Part shown: positions 9,835-19,935 of the stretch, piece after piece
Layout of the letters: each line of letters begins with the position of its first letter
How positions within the stretch are numbered: the stretch's first letter is position 1
Source: Rhodospirillales bacterium
GTDB taxonomy: Bacteria; Pseudomonadota; Alphaproteobacteria; Rhodospirillales; JABHCV01
DNA length: 43,632 nucleotides
Assembly: GCA_016776705.1 (NCBI GenBank)
Contig: JADHSW010000001.1
Coordinates: 1 to 43,632 of the forward strand
Reading direction: 5' to 3'
Notes under the pieces: generated by a model
Seen by the model: only the letters and a program-made list of their open reading frames with translations
Databases searched by the model: none
What the model was told of the DNA's origin: nothing
Translations under genes and position numbers: made by a program

Positions 9835-11138
9835 CGTTCGCCCATTGCCCCGCTCATGGTGGTGAGGAACGGACTGGTCAGATATTCCATAACCGTCCTC
9901 TCACCAGTGCGGATACTGGTAAAAACCCTCATTCCGGGGAATAGCCGGTATTGAAGAGCGCCTTTCTGAAAGCGGTCACTGTCTGTTTCAATGCGAACCT
10001 TGTAGTATGGTATGCCTTCTTCGGTGACCAATGTATCTGGGCTAACGCGGGTGACCCTGCCATCCAGTGTGCCAAACCGCATGGCATCGGCTGAGTTCAG
10101 CTTGATCAGGGCCGTCTGCCCTTCATGAACGTAGCCAATTTCTTCCGTCGGTAACCAGGCTTCGATTATCAATCGGTCGTCGGCAGGAACAATGTCGATA
10201 ACGGTTTCCCCGGGTTTAAGCACCCCGCCGACGGTTGAGGCATGCAAGGTTTTAATGACGCCATCGACGGGTGAGCGCAAAATCGTTCGCGCCAGATTGT
10301 CTTCAAATTTCTGTTCGCGTTGAGAAAGTTCATTAAAGCTTAATCGAGCATCTTCCAGTTCCTTGCCGGCTTCTTCAAGAAAGGCCGTGTGGATTCCTTC
10401 CATGTTGGACTCGGCTTCTTTAAGGGCCGATTTGGCTCTTTTCAGGGCTGCGGCGTCTTCTTCCTTACGCCCTTGCAGATTACTGGCTTCTTTCAGCAGG
10501 TCCAGATGGTTATAGCGATTGGTCAAATCTTCCTTTAGCAAATCATCGCTGATGGCGATTTGTTCCTGCATCAGTTTCAGGTTGTTGGTCAGGTTCCTGA
10601 TCCTGGCATTGATTTCGTTGATCTCCTGGCGACGCTGGGTAATGGTTTCACGTTGGGAATCGATGCGGCTTTGCTTGGCCTTTTTGCGGCTGGAAAATCG
10701 TACCAGCGTCTGTTTGACCATGCGCGGATTGTTCTTCATCAGGTCTTCATCAAAGACCGGTGTTTCAGCGCCGCTGACCTCGGCTTCAAGGCGGGCGATT
10801 TCGGCTCTCAGGGATAAAAGCCGAACCTTGATTTCACCTACATCGGCACCGCTTTGCGTTGGCTCTAGGGTAATCAGGTTCTGGCCCTGCTTGACTTCCT
10901 CTCCTTCCCGGACGGAAATCTCCCTGACGATGCCACCTTCCAGATGCTGGATACTTTTGACCTGAGAAGAAGGAATAACTTCGCCGCTGACCAGGGAGAC
11001 AATGTCCAGGGTCGAAACGGATGCCCAGCCAAAAAATGCCAGGCAGGTCCCTACACACAAGGCGAGCAAGAAATGAGTATTACGCCCTACATTGGCATCC
11101 TGGGATAATTCCTGAGCCATGGCTGCATCTTTGTTCAC
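9831..11138 (-). CDS. HlyD family type I secretion membrane-fusion protein
   Basis: Single TM helix, IQHLEGGIV, long coiled coil, RSPVDG, V..VSPD and PGM motifs. Confidence 0.95.
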   Translation of the reverse strand: MNKDAAMAQELSQDANVGRNTHFLLALCVGTCLAFFGWASVSTLDIVSLVSGEVIPSSQVKSIQHLEGGIVREISVREGEEVKQGQNLITLEPTQSGADVGEIKVRLLSLRAEIARLEAEVSGAETPVFDEDLMKNNPRMVKQTLVRFSSRKKAKQSRIDSQRETITQRRQEINEINARIRNLTNNLKLMQEQIAISDDLLKEDLTNRYNHLDLLKEASNLQGRKEEDAAALKRAKSALKEAESNMEGIHTAFLEEAGKELEDARLSFNELSQREQKFEDNLARTILRSPVDGVIKTLHASTVGGVLKPGETVIDIVPADDRLIIEAWLPTEEIGYVHEGQTALIKLNSADAMRFGTLDGRVTRVSPDTLVTEEGIPYYKVRIETDSDRFQKGALQYRLFPGMRVFTSIRTGERTVMEYLTSPFLTTMSGAMGER

Positions 11139-12826
11139 GATGAAACTTCCCCTTTCCTGGACGCGGTATCAACGGGGCGGGGCCGGTCTGTGATTCGGGG
11201 CACGGGTTTAACGTTCAAGTCGATTGCTACCTGAGCGCCTTTTACGATTTTTGGATCATGGGATACGACAATGATGGTTCGGCCCCGTTTGGCGAGGTCT
11301 TTCATGGCCGTATACACACACGAGATGCCTTCGGCGTCCAGACCCTCTGTCGGTTCATCGAAGATCACCAGCATGCCATCTGTCGTCAAGGCGCGGGCAA
11401 GGGCAAGGCGACGCCGTATTCCGAGTGATAATGTTCTGCCGTTTTCGGTGATCTGGGCTTCCAGCCCTTTCGGGCTTTCATCAAGGTAGCTGACAAGCCC
11501 CGCAGCCTTTATCGCTTTGGCGAGTTGCTCTTCGCCAACATCCGGATTCACCGTCATCAGGTTTTCGCGAATGGTTGTGTTCAGCAGGGTCGGTTCCTGG
11601 GGCATATAGACAATCTGCTTACGCCACCATTCGGGCGAGGCTTGCCTGAGGTCCAGACCATCAGCAAGAATTTGTCCCCTGACAGGTTCAATAATTCCCG
11701 TGATCAGTCGGGTCAGGGTGGTCTTGCCTGCGCCGTTTGAACCGCTGATAACAAGGATGGTTCCGGGGGTGATGGCTAATGAAAGGGATTCGAACAGGGG
11801 CGTCGAACTTCCCGGAAAGACGAAAGCTACATCCTTGAATTCAAGGCTGCCCTTATATTTTGTCTTGAACGATCCACTTTCTGATTCCAGGGGAAGTTTG
11901 GCGAATTCTTTCAGGATCAACAGGCTTTCACGGGCCTCAGCAAAGGTGGCTCCCATTTGCGAAAAACGGGATATTGGCATCAGTGCACGGGCTGACAGAA
12001 TGTTCGCGCCGATCATCGCGCCCACATCAATCTCGCCGGCGACGACAAAAGTTGCCCCAATGGCGACGACGCAAACGCTCATCAAGGCTGTCATGGTTTG
12101 AACGATGACCTGGGTACCGCCCTGCCGGGACTCCAGTGAGCCGCGCAAGCCCTGTACTTTTTCAATTTGGGAAGCCCATAGTTTCCCTAGAAAAGGCGAG
12201 GCATTGAATGCGCGAACCGTATCAATTTCCGCCGTGGCGCTTCGGATCAAGGCATTGGAATTACCCGAAACCTGAAGTAATTGACGGGTTCGTTTTTGAA
12301 GTCCCGAAGCGTTAATTGTGCCAATGATGAACACAATTACCAGAAAGAACGAGACAATACCTGATAAAACCGGAGAGAGTAGAAATAGAGCGCCAACAAA
12401 CAGCAGGGCGAAGGGAACATCGAAAACGCCGCCAATATTGCCGGAACCATATGCCTTTTCTATTGAAGATGTGGCGCTGATGATTTGTTGGCGCTGCCCT
12501 TGGGGAATGCGCTCAAGGGCGCTGGCCTTTGCCTTGAGAAGGACATTGAATCCGGCTGTGGCGATGTTGTTGTCTGGTCCTGCACTGACTGCCCGGCCAA
12601 GACGCATACGCACTTTGCGGAAGGCATATTCCAATCCTATGGCCAGCAGCACACCCGTAGTCAATGTTACAAGAGTTGCATCAACCCCGTGGGCAACATA
12701 GCGGTTCAGGACCTGGATAACGAACAAGGGAGCCGCCAGAGCAAGGATATTGGCAAACAATGAAGCGACCCCGATCTCAATGGCCAGGCCGGGTTTTAGT
12801 CTAAGGCGGCGAAAGAGCTCGTTCAT
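11135..12826 (-). CDS. type I secretion ABC transporter (permease/ATPase, no C39 domain)
   Basis: NILALA.PLFVIQV.NR TM domain, Walker A GSNGAGKT, signature LSLG, Walker B IFDEPT. Confidence 0.93.
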   Translation of the reverse strand: MNELFRRLRLKPGLAIEIGVASLFANILALAAPLFVIQVLNRYVAHGVDATLVTLTTGVLLAIGLEYAFRKVRMRLGRAVSAGPDNNIATAGFNVLLKAKASALERIPQGQRQQIISATSSIEKAYGSGNIGGVFDVPFALLFVGALFLLSPVLSGIVSFFLVIVFIIGTINASGLQKRTRQLLQVSGNSNALIRSATAEIDTVRAFNASPFLGKLWASQIEKVQGLRGSLESRQGGTQVIVQTMTALMSVCVVAIGATFVVAGEIDVGAMIGANILSARALMPISRFSQMGATFAEARESLLILKEFAKLPLESESGSFKTKYKGSLEFKDVAFVFPGSSTPLFESLSLAITPGTILVISGSNGAGKTTLTRLITGIIEPVRGQILADGLDLRQASPEWWRKQIVYMPQEPTLLNTTIRENLMTVNPDVGEEQLAKAIKAAGLVSYLDESPKGLEAQITENGRTLSLGIRRRLALARALTTDGMLVIFDEPTEGLDAEGISCVYTAMKDLAKRGRTIIVVSHDPKIVKGAQVAIDLNVKPVPRITDRPRPVDTASRKGEVSS

Positions 12827-12942
12827 AGGGCGGGCAAAACCTTGTCACAGATCCGATGTCACACCCAAGCTTAACTGCTAAAGGGCGAAAATTTAAGGGT
12901 AATCTGGCAAGGGAGCAGACAAAAAGCAGGTGCCTGCAGGGC

Positions 12943-14287
12943 TTATTGCATATCCGCTTTGCGCGTCAGGGCCGCTTCGTCGAGTTCTCCCATGGCGTCG
13001 AGCAGGGTAAAGACGGCGATAGCGACATCGATTTCAGCCGACGCGGCGTCGCTGCTGGAATTGATCAAGGCGGTTTCACCACTCAGTACATCAAGCAGGG
13101 AACGACGTCCAAGGGTGCGCTCCTTGCGTGCAAATTCCAGGAATTCAGCGGCGATGTTTGCCTGATTGCCCAGTAGTTCTGCGTTATTCTTGGCCGTCTT
13201 CAATTGTTCCCAGGCATTGCGGGTCGCTTCTTCGATGGATGTCTTGGCGTCGGCGTAGCGGAAATTGGCGGCGCTGTGTGCGTCCTCCCGTCGCCTTCAG
13301 GGTATTGATTGCGGTGAAACCAAGATTGAAGGGAAAGCTTAACTGAACTTTGCCGAATACTTCCTGCTGATGGCCTGTCGTGGCGCTGACATTGTGCTTC
13401 AGCTTCCAGTCAACGATTCCATCTATGGTCGGCGAGTAACTGCTGGCCCTGGTGGCATTGACAGATTCCAAAGCGATCCGGCTGGTAAGATTGTTTGCGA
13501 CCAGGAAGGCATTGTTGGCCATGGCCCGCTTAACGGCCTCATCAATATCGGTAGGAAGCAGATCAACCGGTAAGACCGGTTTGACAAAGCTGTCAGCAGG
13601 GCCGGGTTCTTTCAGGAAAACCCCGCGATACGCATTTTTTGCCACTTCCAACGCGCCAGCAGCGCGGGTGCGCCGGGCCTGGGCTCCGGCTAGTTGTACC
13701 TTGGCCTGCAGAACGTCTGTTGAGAAACCGGCGCCGCGTTTTACCAGCGCATCCTCAAGTTCTGTCTGTTTTTTGATATTTTCTTCGGAACGGGTCGCGT
13801 AATCCAGCCCTTCGGTGGCGCGAATGACATTAGCGTAGGCGGTAAACGCCCTGAGCAGCAGGCTCGAACGGGTGGATGTGAACACCGCTTCGGATTGTTC
13901 CTGCGACAGTTTCGCCGTGCGAACGGCTGAACTTGTCGCCCCACCGTCCCAAAGTCGTTGGGTCACGGTGAAATCCGCTTCGCGTGATATTAACAACTGG
14001 TCGTCAGTACCAGATGGTTTCTGTTGTTTTTCCTTGCCGCCAGTTACCGTCACGCTCAAGGCGGGGTACCATCCGCCCATGGCGGCCTCTGCCGTTTCTC
14101 TGGCTGCGGCGACATCGGATTTGGCGGCTTTGATCAAATTGTGGTTGTCGATAAATTCTGGAAGCAAATCCTGAAGAGGCTCTGCACGTATTAAATCAGC
14201 AGGAAATATAGCAGCAAAAACGGCAAGCATTCCAGCTCCCGTCAATTGTCGGTTAAATCCTGAATTTTTCATCTGCCAGCTACACAC
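12943..14287 (-). pseudogene. TolC family outer-membrane protein, frameshifted (true pseudogene or sequencing error)
   Basis: ORFs 13184..14287 and 12943..13203 join into one TolC reading frame (...LKAT/EDAHSAANFRYADAKTSIEEATRNAWEQLKTAKN...GRRSLLDVL) if one base is removed from the CCC at 13287-13289. Confidence 0.85.
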
Positions 14288-14448
14288 CCTATTTATCCCC
14301 GATTCGGTAGTATATAGCGCCGGGAATCGTTAACCAACACTAAATATGAAGTTGTATTAGTGTCCATAGTTTTGGCCTTAGGTCATAGAAATTTCTGTTT
14401 AAATTGGTAAATCAAGGATTAATGAAAATTATGGAAGCCAGCACGTAA

Positions 14449-14760
14449 TTATGGCCATGCTCTTTCAAAGATCAAAACGACAATAATAAACAAGGGAATG
14501 GGCAGCAACGCTACTTTGATGATCTGCGGGTATTCGCCAACAAGAAAACGCCGCCATCCGTATACCAGTGTGTGAGCACAGAACATGGGGAGTGCAATGA
14601 GAGAGGCAAGGGAAACCAGCATTATGGAAGTTTTGTTTTCGCCAGCTTCACTGTAACTGCCAAGTGCAAATGAAAAGACAAAAGTGGCGATAATTCCAAA
14701 AATAAACCAAAGGAACGAAAGGGCGAGTAACAGGACCAGATTGGAATTTTTGGATTTCAA
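14449..14760 (-). CDS. small membrane protein (3 TM helices)
   Basis: 103-aa hydrophobic ORF, TTG start 9 bp after the divK-like gene. Confidence 0.6.
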   Translation of the reverse strand: MKSKNSNLVLLLALSFLWFIFGIIATFVFSFALGSYSEAGENKTSIMLVSLASLIALPMFCAHTLVYGWRRFLVGEYPQIIKVALLPIPLFIIVVLIFERAWP

Positions 14761-14769
14761 AAGTTTTGG

Positions 14770-15135
14770 CTATCCGAGAAATTTAGCTACGTTCTCAAGG
14801 AAACTGGGCACGGAGACAGGTTTGGCGACATAAGATGAAAACCCTGCCTCCATAATTCTTTCCTCGTCGCCTTTCATGGCGAAAGCCGTTACTGCAATAA
14901 CCGGAATTTGCTTTAAATCATCATCGGCTTTCAGCAGTTTGGTTATTTCAATTCCTGACATTCCGGGCAACTGAATATCCATTATGATCAGGTCCGGATT
15001 TTTGGTTCGGGCCAGATCAAGGGCATCACTACCGTCTGGTGATTGTACGGTACTGTACCCATGCGCCTGCAGAAGGTCGGTAAACAGTCTCATATTCAGT
15101 TCGTTGTCTTCAACAATGAGAATGGTCTTTGACAT
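14770..15135 (-). CDS. divK: single-domain response regulator, DivK-like
   Basis: [25 protein letters not shown]...MDIQLP..SG...[18 protein letters not shown] closely follows the DivK pattern. Confidence 0.8.
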   Translation of the reverse strand: MSKTILIVEDNELNMRLFTDLLQAHGYSTVQSPDGSDALDLARTKNPDLIIMDIQLPGMSGIEITKLLKADDDLKQIPVIAVTAFAMKGDEERIMEAGFSSYVAKPVSVPSFLENVAKFLG

Positions 15136-15648
15136 ATATTATTCTCCATCAGGATTTCACGATCCTATCGGGCGGGAAGCAATTTGTCACGACCGTTCCC
15201 GCATGGAACTTGCCATCATTCATTCGTATGGCAACGAAGACCAAGATCACGGTCTAACGCCGGTTCTACCGTCCAGATTTAAGCATTGAAGGAAAATGCC
15301 AACTCTGACATGAGACCTGTGTTAAGTGCGAACTTTACGCCCTTCGTATACTGTGCATTTGTTCTAGCAGTTCAAGGGTAGCGTGTAATTGATCTGGGCC
15401 ATTTTTGGCATTTATTTATTTCAATGATGGGCATGTTCGCCCAGTTTAATTTTCTGACCGACATACTCCGGTATTTATGAAGGGAAGGTGGATAATGAAA
15501 ATAAAAGCGACAAGCCGTTCATCGATACAAGCGTTGATGCCTGCAGGTTCGCAAGTGGATTGCTGACAGGTCACACCATAAACGCCGATCAGATCCTTGG
15601 CGGTTACCTGGACTGTTCCAGGCGGAAACTGGGTGGGCACGCCCCGCA

Positions 15649-16668
15649 TTAATGGACAGTGCCTCTCTTTTGATTTTGCTCTGAATTGTTTTTCACCTGG
15701 GGTCTCCATGTCACGCGGTCCTGGCTAGGGGGGCGACCGAAGCTGGTTTTGTATGCGTTGGAAAAATACCCCGCTGATGAGAAACCGCATTCAATGGCGA
15801 CGTCAATGATGGCAAGGTCCGTCAACTGCAACATCTGTCTGGCCTTGCTCAAGCGAAGCCTGCGGTAATAGGCGCCAGGAGTTGTTTTCAGCCAACGATG
15901 AAAAAGACGTTCCAGCGCCTTAACCGACACGCCGGCCTTTTCTGCGATGACGCTGGTCGTTAAGGGTTCGCTCAACGACAATTCCATAAGTTCTATGGCC
16001 TTGAGAAGACGGGGATTGGAAACCTGCAAACGTTGCCTGAGCGGCATGCGTTGCTCATCGCTGGATTCCCGGATTCGGTGGTAGATGAATTCATCAGCGA
16101 CCCGGGCGGCCAGATCATGACCATGTTGTGCGCGGATCAAATTCAACGCCAAATCCAGGCTGGCAGTTGCCCCGGCACAGGTGAAGCGGTCTCCGTCGAT
16201 AACGAAAATGTCGCGTGCCACATCTATTTTCGGGAAATTTTCGGCAAATCGATCCAGAATTTCCCAGTGAATAGTGGCGCGAACCCCATCGAGCAAGCCT
16301 GCCCTGGCCAGGATATGGCTTCCTGTATCCACAGCCCCCATCGTTGCGCCAAAAGCCGCTTGACGACGCAACCAGTTGAGGGTGCTGGCTTCGGTTTCCC
16401 TTTCCTGATCATAACTGCTGACGACAATAATTGCCGGCAATACAGGTGCATTTTCCATCGAACAGTCCGTAGACAACGTCATTTCATTACTGGCGTTCAC
16501 AGGAAGGCCGTCCTTTGAAATCAATATCCATTCATAGAGCCGCTGTTCGGCCTGGGTGTTGGCCATGCGTAAGGGCTCAACAACGGAGGAAAGAGCAATC
16601 AGAGAAAACTTGGGCAACAGAAGCAGACCGATTTTCTGGATTTGCCCTGTTGGCAACGGGTGAAACAT
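15649..16668 (-). CDS. GlxA/CdhR/GbdR-type AraC family transcriptional regulator
   Basis: N-terminal DJ-1/PfpI-like domain (EPLRMAN, LARAGLLDG..ATIHWE) and C-terminal AraC HTH (GFSSAGYFSNAYK..FG); divergent from the carnitine operon. Confidence 0.92.
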   Translation of the reverse strand: MFHPLPTGQIQKIGLLLLPKFSLIALSSVVEPLRMANTQAEQRLYEWILISKDGLPVNASNEMTLSTDCSMENAPVLPAIIVVSSYDQERETEASTLNWLRRQAAFGATMGAVDTGSHILARAGLLDGVRATIHWEILDRFAENFPKIDVARDIFVIDGDRFTCAGATASLDLALNLIRAQHGHDLAARVADEFIYHRIRESSDEQRMPLRQRLQVSNPRLLKAIELMELSLSEPLTTSVIAEKAGVSVKALERLFHRWLKTTPGAYYRRLRLSKARQMLQLTDLAIIDVAIECGFSSAGYFSNAYKTSFGRPPSQDRVTWRPQVKNNSEQNQKRGTVH

Positions 16669-16690
16669 GATGACGCCTTATCAGGATGAT

Positions 16691-16727
16691 TGACGAAATA
16701 ACATAACTTATGTTCGAAATTTCTTAA
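16691..16727 (+). promoter_or_regulatory. putative tandem AraC-family (CdhR/GbdR-like) operator
   Basis: Imperfect direct repeats TGACGAAATAACATAA (16691) and GTTCGAAATTTCTTAA (16712), 21 bp apart, in the divergent intergenic region. Confidence 0.45.
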
Positions 16728-16793
16728 ATACACAGATGACAAATAGACCATTTTTTACAGGAAAATTATCTAGATTTTGGGAGGCAAACTTAA

Positions 16794-17675
16794 ATGAAGG
16801 ACAACGTCATCATCACCTGCGCCGTTACCGGATCAGGGGACACTTATGGCAAGCATCCGGACCTTCCGGTAACGCCTGAACAAATCGCCAATTCGGCGAT
16901 TGAGGCCGCCAGGGCTGGCGCTTGCGTTGTGCATCTTCATGTGCGCGATCCCGAATCTGGGCGGGGCAGCCGGGAGCCGGCTTTGTTCAAGGAAACCGTA
17001 GAGCGCATTCGGGATTCCGGCGTCGATGTGATCCTGAATTTGACCGCAGGCATGGGCGGTGATTTGACCCTGGGGCCACCGGAAAATCCCGGCGATTTCG
17101 ATATGAGTGAATCGGATTTGGCCCCGGCGTTGGAGCGCCTCGCCCATGTAGAGGAAACGAAACCCGAAATCTGCACCCTTGATTGCGGCACCATGAATTT
17201 CGGTGACGGCAATTTATTGATGATCAATACGCCCCCCCTGCTCAGGGAAACGGCCAAACGCATTAAGGAACTGGGCGTTAAACCAGAGATCGAGGTCTTT
17301 GAGCTGGGCCATCTGTGGCTCGCCAAGCAACTCGTCGGCGAAGGCCTGATCGAATCCCCACCCCTGTTCCAGCTTTGCCTGGGCATCCCGTATGGGGCGG
17401 AAGCCAATACAACAGCCATGAAGGCGATGGTCGATCAATTGCCCGACGGCGCATTGTGGGCCGGATTTGGCATCGGCCGGACGCAAATGCAGATGGTCGC
17501 GCAGGCTGCCCTGCTGGGTGGCAATGTTCGGGTCGGCCTGGAAGATAACCTGTATCTGGAAAGAGGCGTCTTCGCCACCAACGCCCAACTGGTGGAAAAA
17601 GCGAGGAACCTGCTGGAGTTGATGGGGACCACTATCGCAACGACCACCCAAGCGCGTCAACAATTGGGGCTATAA
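16794..17675 (+). CDS. cdhC: beta-keto acid cleavage enzyme (BKACE/DUF849), 3-dehydrocarnitine cleavage CdhC-like
   Basis: [31 protein letters not shown] and RVGLEDN motifs; adjacent to carnitine dehydrogenase. Confidence 0.85.
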   Translation: MKDNVIITCAVTGSGDTYGKHPDLPVTPEQIANSAIEAARAGACVVHLHVRDPESGRGSREPALFKETVERIRDSGVDVILNLTAGMGGDLTLGPPENPGDFDMSESDLAPALERLAHVEETKPEICTLDCGTMNFGDGNLLMINTPPLLRETAKRIKELGVKPEIEVFELGHLWLAKQLVGEGLIESPPLFQLCLGIPYGAEANTTAMKAMVDQLPDGALWAGFGIGRTQMQMVAQAALLGGNVRVGLEDNLYLERGVFATNAQLVEKARNLLELMGTTIATTTQARQQLGL

Positions 17676-17679
17676 GAAA

Positions 17680-19167
17680 ATGAGAAACATTAAAACTGTC
17701 GGCATCGCCGGAACCGGTGTCATCGGCGCTGGTTGGGCGGCTCGCTTTCTTGCCCAAGGTCTGGATGTTATCGCCTGGGATCCGGCTGCGGATGCTGAAG
17801 GAAAACTTCGCGCCGCCGTGGAAAACGCCTGGCCTGCCTTGTCCAAGCTGGGGCTTTTCAAGGGCGCTGACCAGAACCGGCTTCGCTTCACTAGCTCCCT
17901 TGAAGACATGGCCGAACAGGCCGACTTCATTCAGGAATCCGCACCTGAAAGGTTGGAGCTGAAGATCGATCTGCACCGCGACCTTGATCAGGCTGCGGCG
18001 AATGATGTCATTATCGCTTCGTCCACATCGGGGCTTTTGCCTTCGGATTTCCAATCCAAATGCCAGAACCCCGGGCGCATCATCGTCGGCCATCCCTTCA
18101 ATCCGGTTTACCTGCTGCCGCTGGTTGAAATCGTCGGCGGGGCTAAATCCGGCGAAGAGGCCCTGACAGTGGCTACCGAATTCTACACGCGAATGGGCAT
18201 GAAGCCCTTGCGCCTGAAAAAGGAAATTGAAGGATTTTTATCAGACCGCCTGCAAGAAGCCCTGTGGCGGGAGAACCTGCACGTCATCAACGATGGCTAT
18301 GCCAGCACCGGTGATATGGACGACGCCATACGTTATGGACCCGGACTTCGCTGGGCTATGATGGGCACCAACCAGGCGTTTTATCTGGCCGGTGGGGATG
18401 AGGGCATGCGCCACTTCCTCAAACAATTCGGGCCAGCCCTGAAACTTCCGTGGACCAAACTTGAAGCGCCAGAATTGACCGACGAACTGATTGAGAAAAT
18501 GGTCGTAGGCACCGAGGAGCAGGCGGAAGGGAAATCCGTAAAAGAGTTGGAGCGCCTGCGCGACAACTGCCTGATCGCCATCATGCAGGCCCTTCGCACC
18601 TACGATATAGGTGCCGGTAAAATCTTTAACGACAACGAAAAACGACGGATCGTCGACTCTCAGGAAATGCCGCCCTGGAAATCCGGTGATGACATCCCGG
18701 CGCCGCTCACTCTCTATCACTCCCCGGTGCTGAGCGAGTGGGTCGACTACAACAAACACATGACCGAATCCGCCTATCTTCTGGCGATTGGATGGGCCGC
18801 CGATGCCTTGTACAGGTACATTGGTAATGATGACTCTAATCGGGAGAACGGCTTTTCAATCTATACGGCCGAGTCACACCTGAACCATTACCGGGAGGCC
18901 GTTGTCGGGGACACTATATCGGTTTCGACGCAATTGCTCGACTGCGATGAAAAACGCCTTCACTTGTTCCACGAGATGAAAAACGAGAAAACCGGTGATC
19001 TGCTTTTCACTGCCGAACAGATGGTCCTGTACGTCAACATGGAGCAGGGAAGAGCAACCCCCATGCCGGAAGGAATATTTAAAGCATCGAAAGCTGTCGT
19101 AGAAGCCCACGCCCATTTGCCCATCCCCGAACAGATAGGCCATCAAATAAAAATCAAAGGGAAATAA
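17680..19167 (+). CDS. lcdH: L-carnitine 3-dehydrogenase fused to a thioesterase (CdhA/B)
   Basis: GTGVIGAGW Rossmann, QESAPE, SSTSG, GHPFNPVYLLPLVE, GPGLRW; C-terminal hotdog thioesterase WVDYNKHMTES. Confidence 0.9.
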   Translation: MRNIKTVGIAGTGVIGAGWAARFLAQGLDVIAWDPAADAEGKLRAAVENAWPALSKLGLFKGADQNRLRFTSSLEDMAEQADFIQESAPERLELKIDLHRDLDQAAANDVIIASSTSGLLPSDFQSKCQNPGRIIVGHPFNPVYLLPLVEIVGGAKSGEEALTVATEFYTRMGMKPLRLKKEIEGFLSDRLQEALWRENLHVINDGYASTGDMDDAIRYGPGLRWAMMGTNQAFYLAGGDEGMRHFLKQFGPALKLPWTKLEAPELTDELIEKMVVGTEEQAEGKSVKELERLRDNCLIAIMQALRTYDIGAGKIFNDNEKRRIVDSQEMPPWKSGDDIPAPLTLYHSPVLSEWVDYNKHMTESAYLLAIGWAADALYRYIGNDDSNRENGFSIYTAESHLNHYREAVVGDTISVSTQLLDCDEKRLHLFHEMKNEKTGDLLFTAEQMVLYVNMEQGRATPMPEGIFKASKAVVEAHAHLPIPEQIGHQIKIKGK

Positions 19168-19168
19168 A

Positions 19169-19933
19169 ATGGATCAAAAGGTCATCGTTACTGCGGGTGC
19201 ATCGGGCATCGGCGCCGCCATTGCCGAGAAGTTCCTGTCCCAGGGCGCGCTCGTCCATATAGCGGACATCAACCCTGTCCAGGCGCTTGACGATAATTCG
19301 AAGCAAACATCCAGCATTACCGATGTGTCCAACGAGGATCAGGTCGCAGCCCTGTTTGAAATGGCCCTTGAAAAAATGGGTGGCCTGACAACCCTTGTCA
19401 ATTGCGCAGGGATTGCCGGTCCAACGGCGGCTATTGAAAACGTTGAGCTAAAGGATTGGCGGGCCTGTATAGCAGTCAATCTGGATTCAACGTTCCTTTG
19501 CTCCAAATATGCAGTGCCTCATTTGAAAGCGGCGCGTGCGGGCTCCATCATCAATATATCATCGACGGCCGGACAAATGGGCTACCCCATGCGCTCTCCT
19601 TATTCGTCGGCAAAATGGGCGCTGATCGGCTTTACCAAAACACTGGCGATGGAACTTGGTCCCTTTGGCATTCGCTCCAATGTCATTTGCCCCGGTAGTG
19701 TGGACGGCCCCCGCATGGACGCTGTGATCGCCGAGGAAGCCCGACAAAAGGGTATCGATGAGGAAACCGTCCGCAAGGGCTATACCTACAGCGCATCTCT
19801 AAGAACCTTCATTTCGGCACAGGACATCGCCAACATGGTCGCGTTTCTGGCATCGCCGGAAGCTGAAAAAGTGTCGGGGCAGGCCATTCCAGTTGATGGC
19901 CATATCGTCAACGCGACTTTCCCGGAGGACTAA
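19169..19933 (+). CDS. SDR family oxidoreductase
   Basis: TAGASGIG, NCAG, YSSAK catalytic motif, CPG. Confidence 0.92.
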   Translation: MDQKVIVTAGASGIGAAIAEKFLSQGALVHIADINPVQALDDNSKQTSSITDVSNEDQVAALFEMALEKMGGLTTLVNCAGIAGPTAAIENVELKDWRACIAVNLDSTFLCSKYAVPHLKAARAGSIINISSTAGQMGYPMRSPYSSAKWALIGFTKTLAMELGPFGIRSNVICPGSVDGPRMDAVIAEEARQKGIDEETVRKGYTYSASLRTFISAQDIANMVAFLASPEAEKVSGQAIPVDGHIVNATFPED

Positions 19934-19935
19934 TT

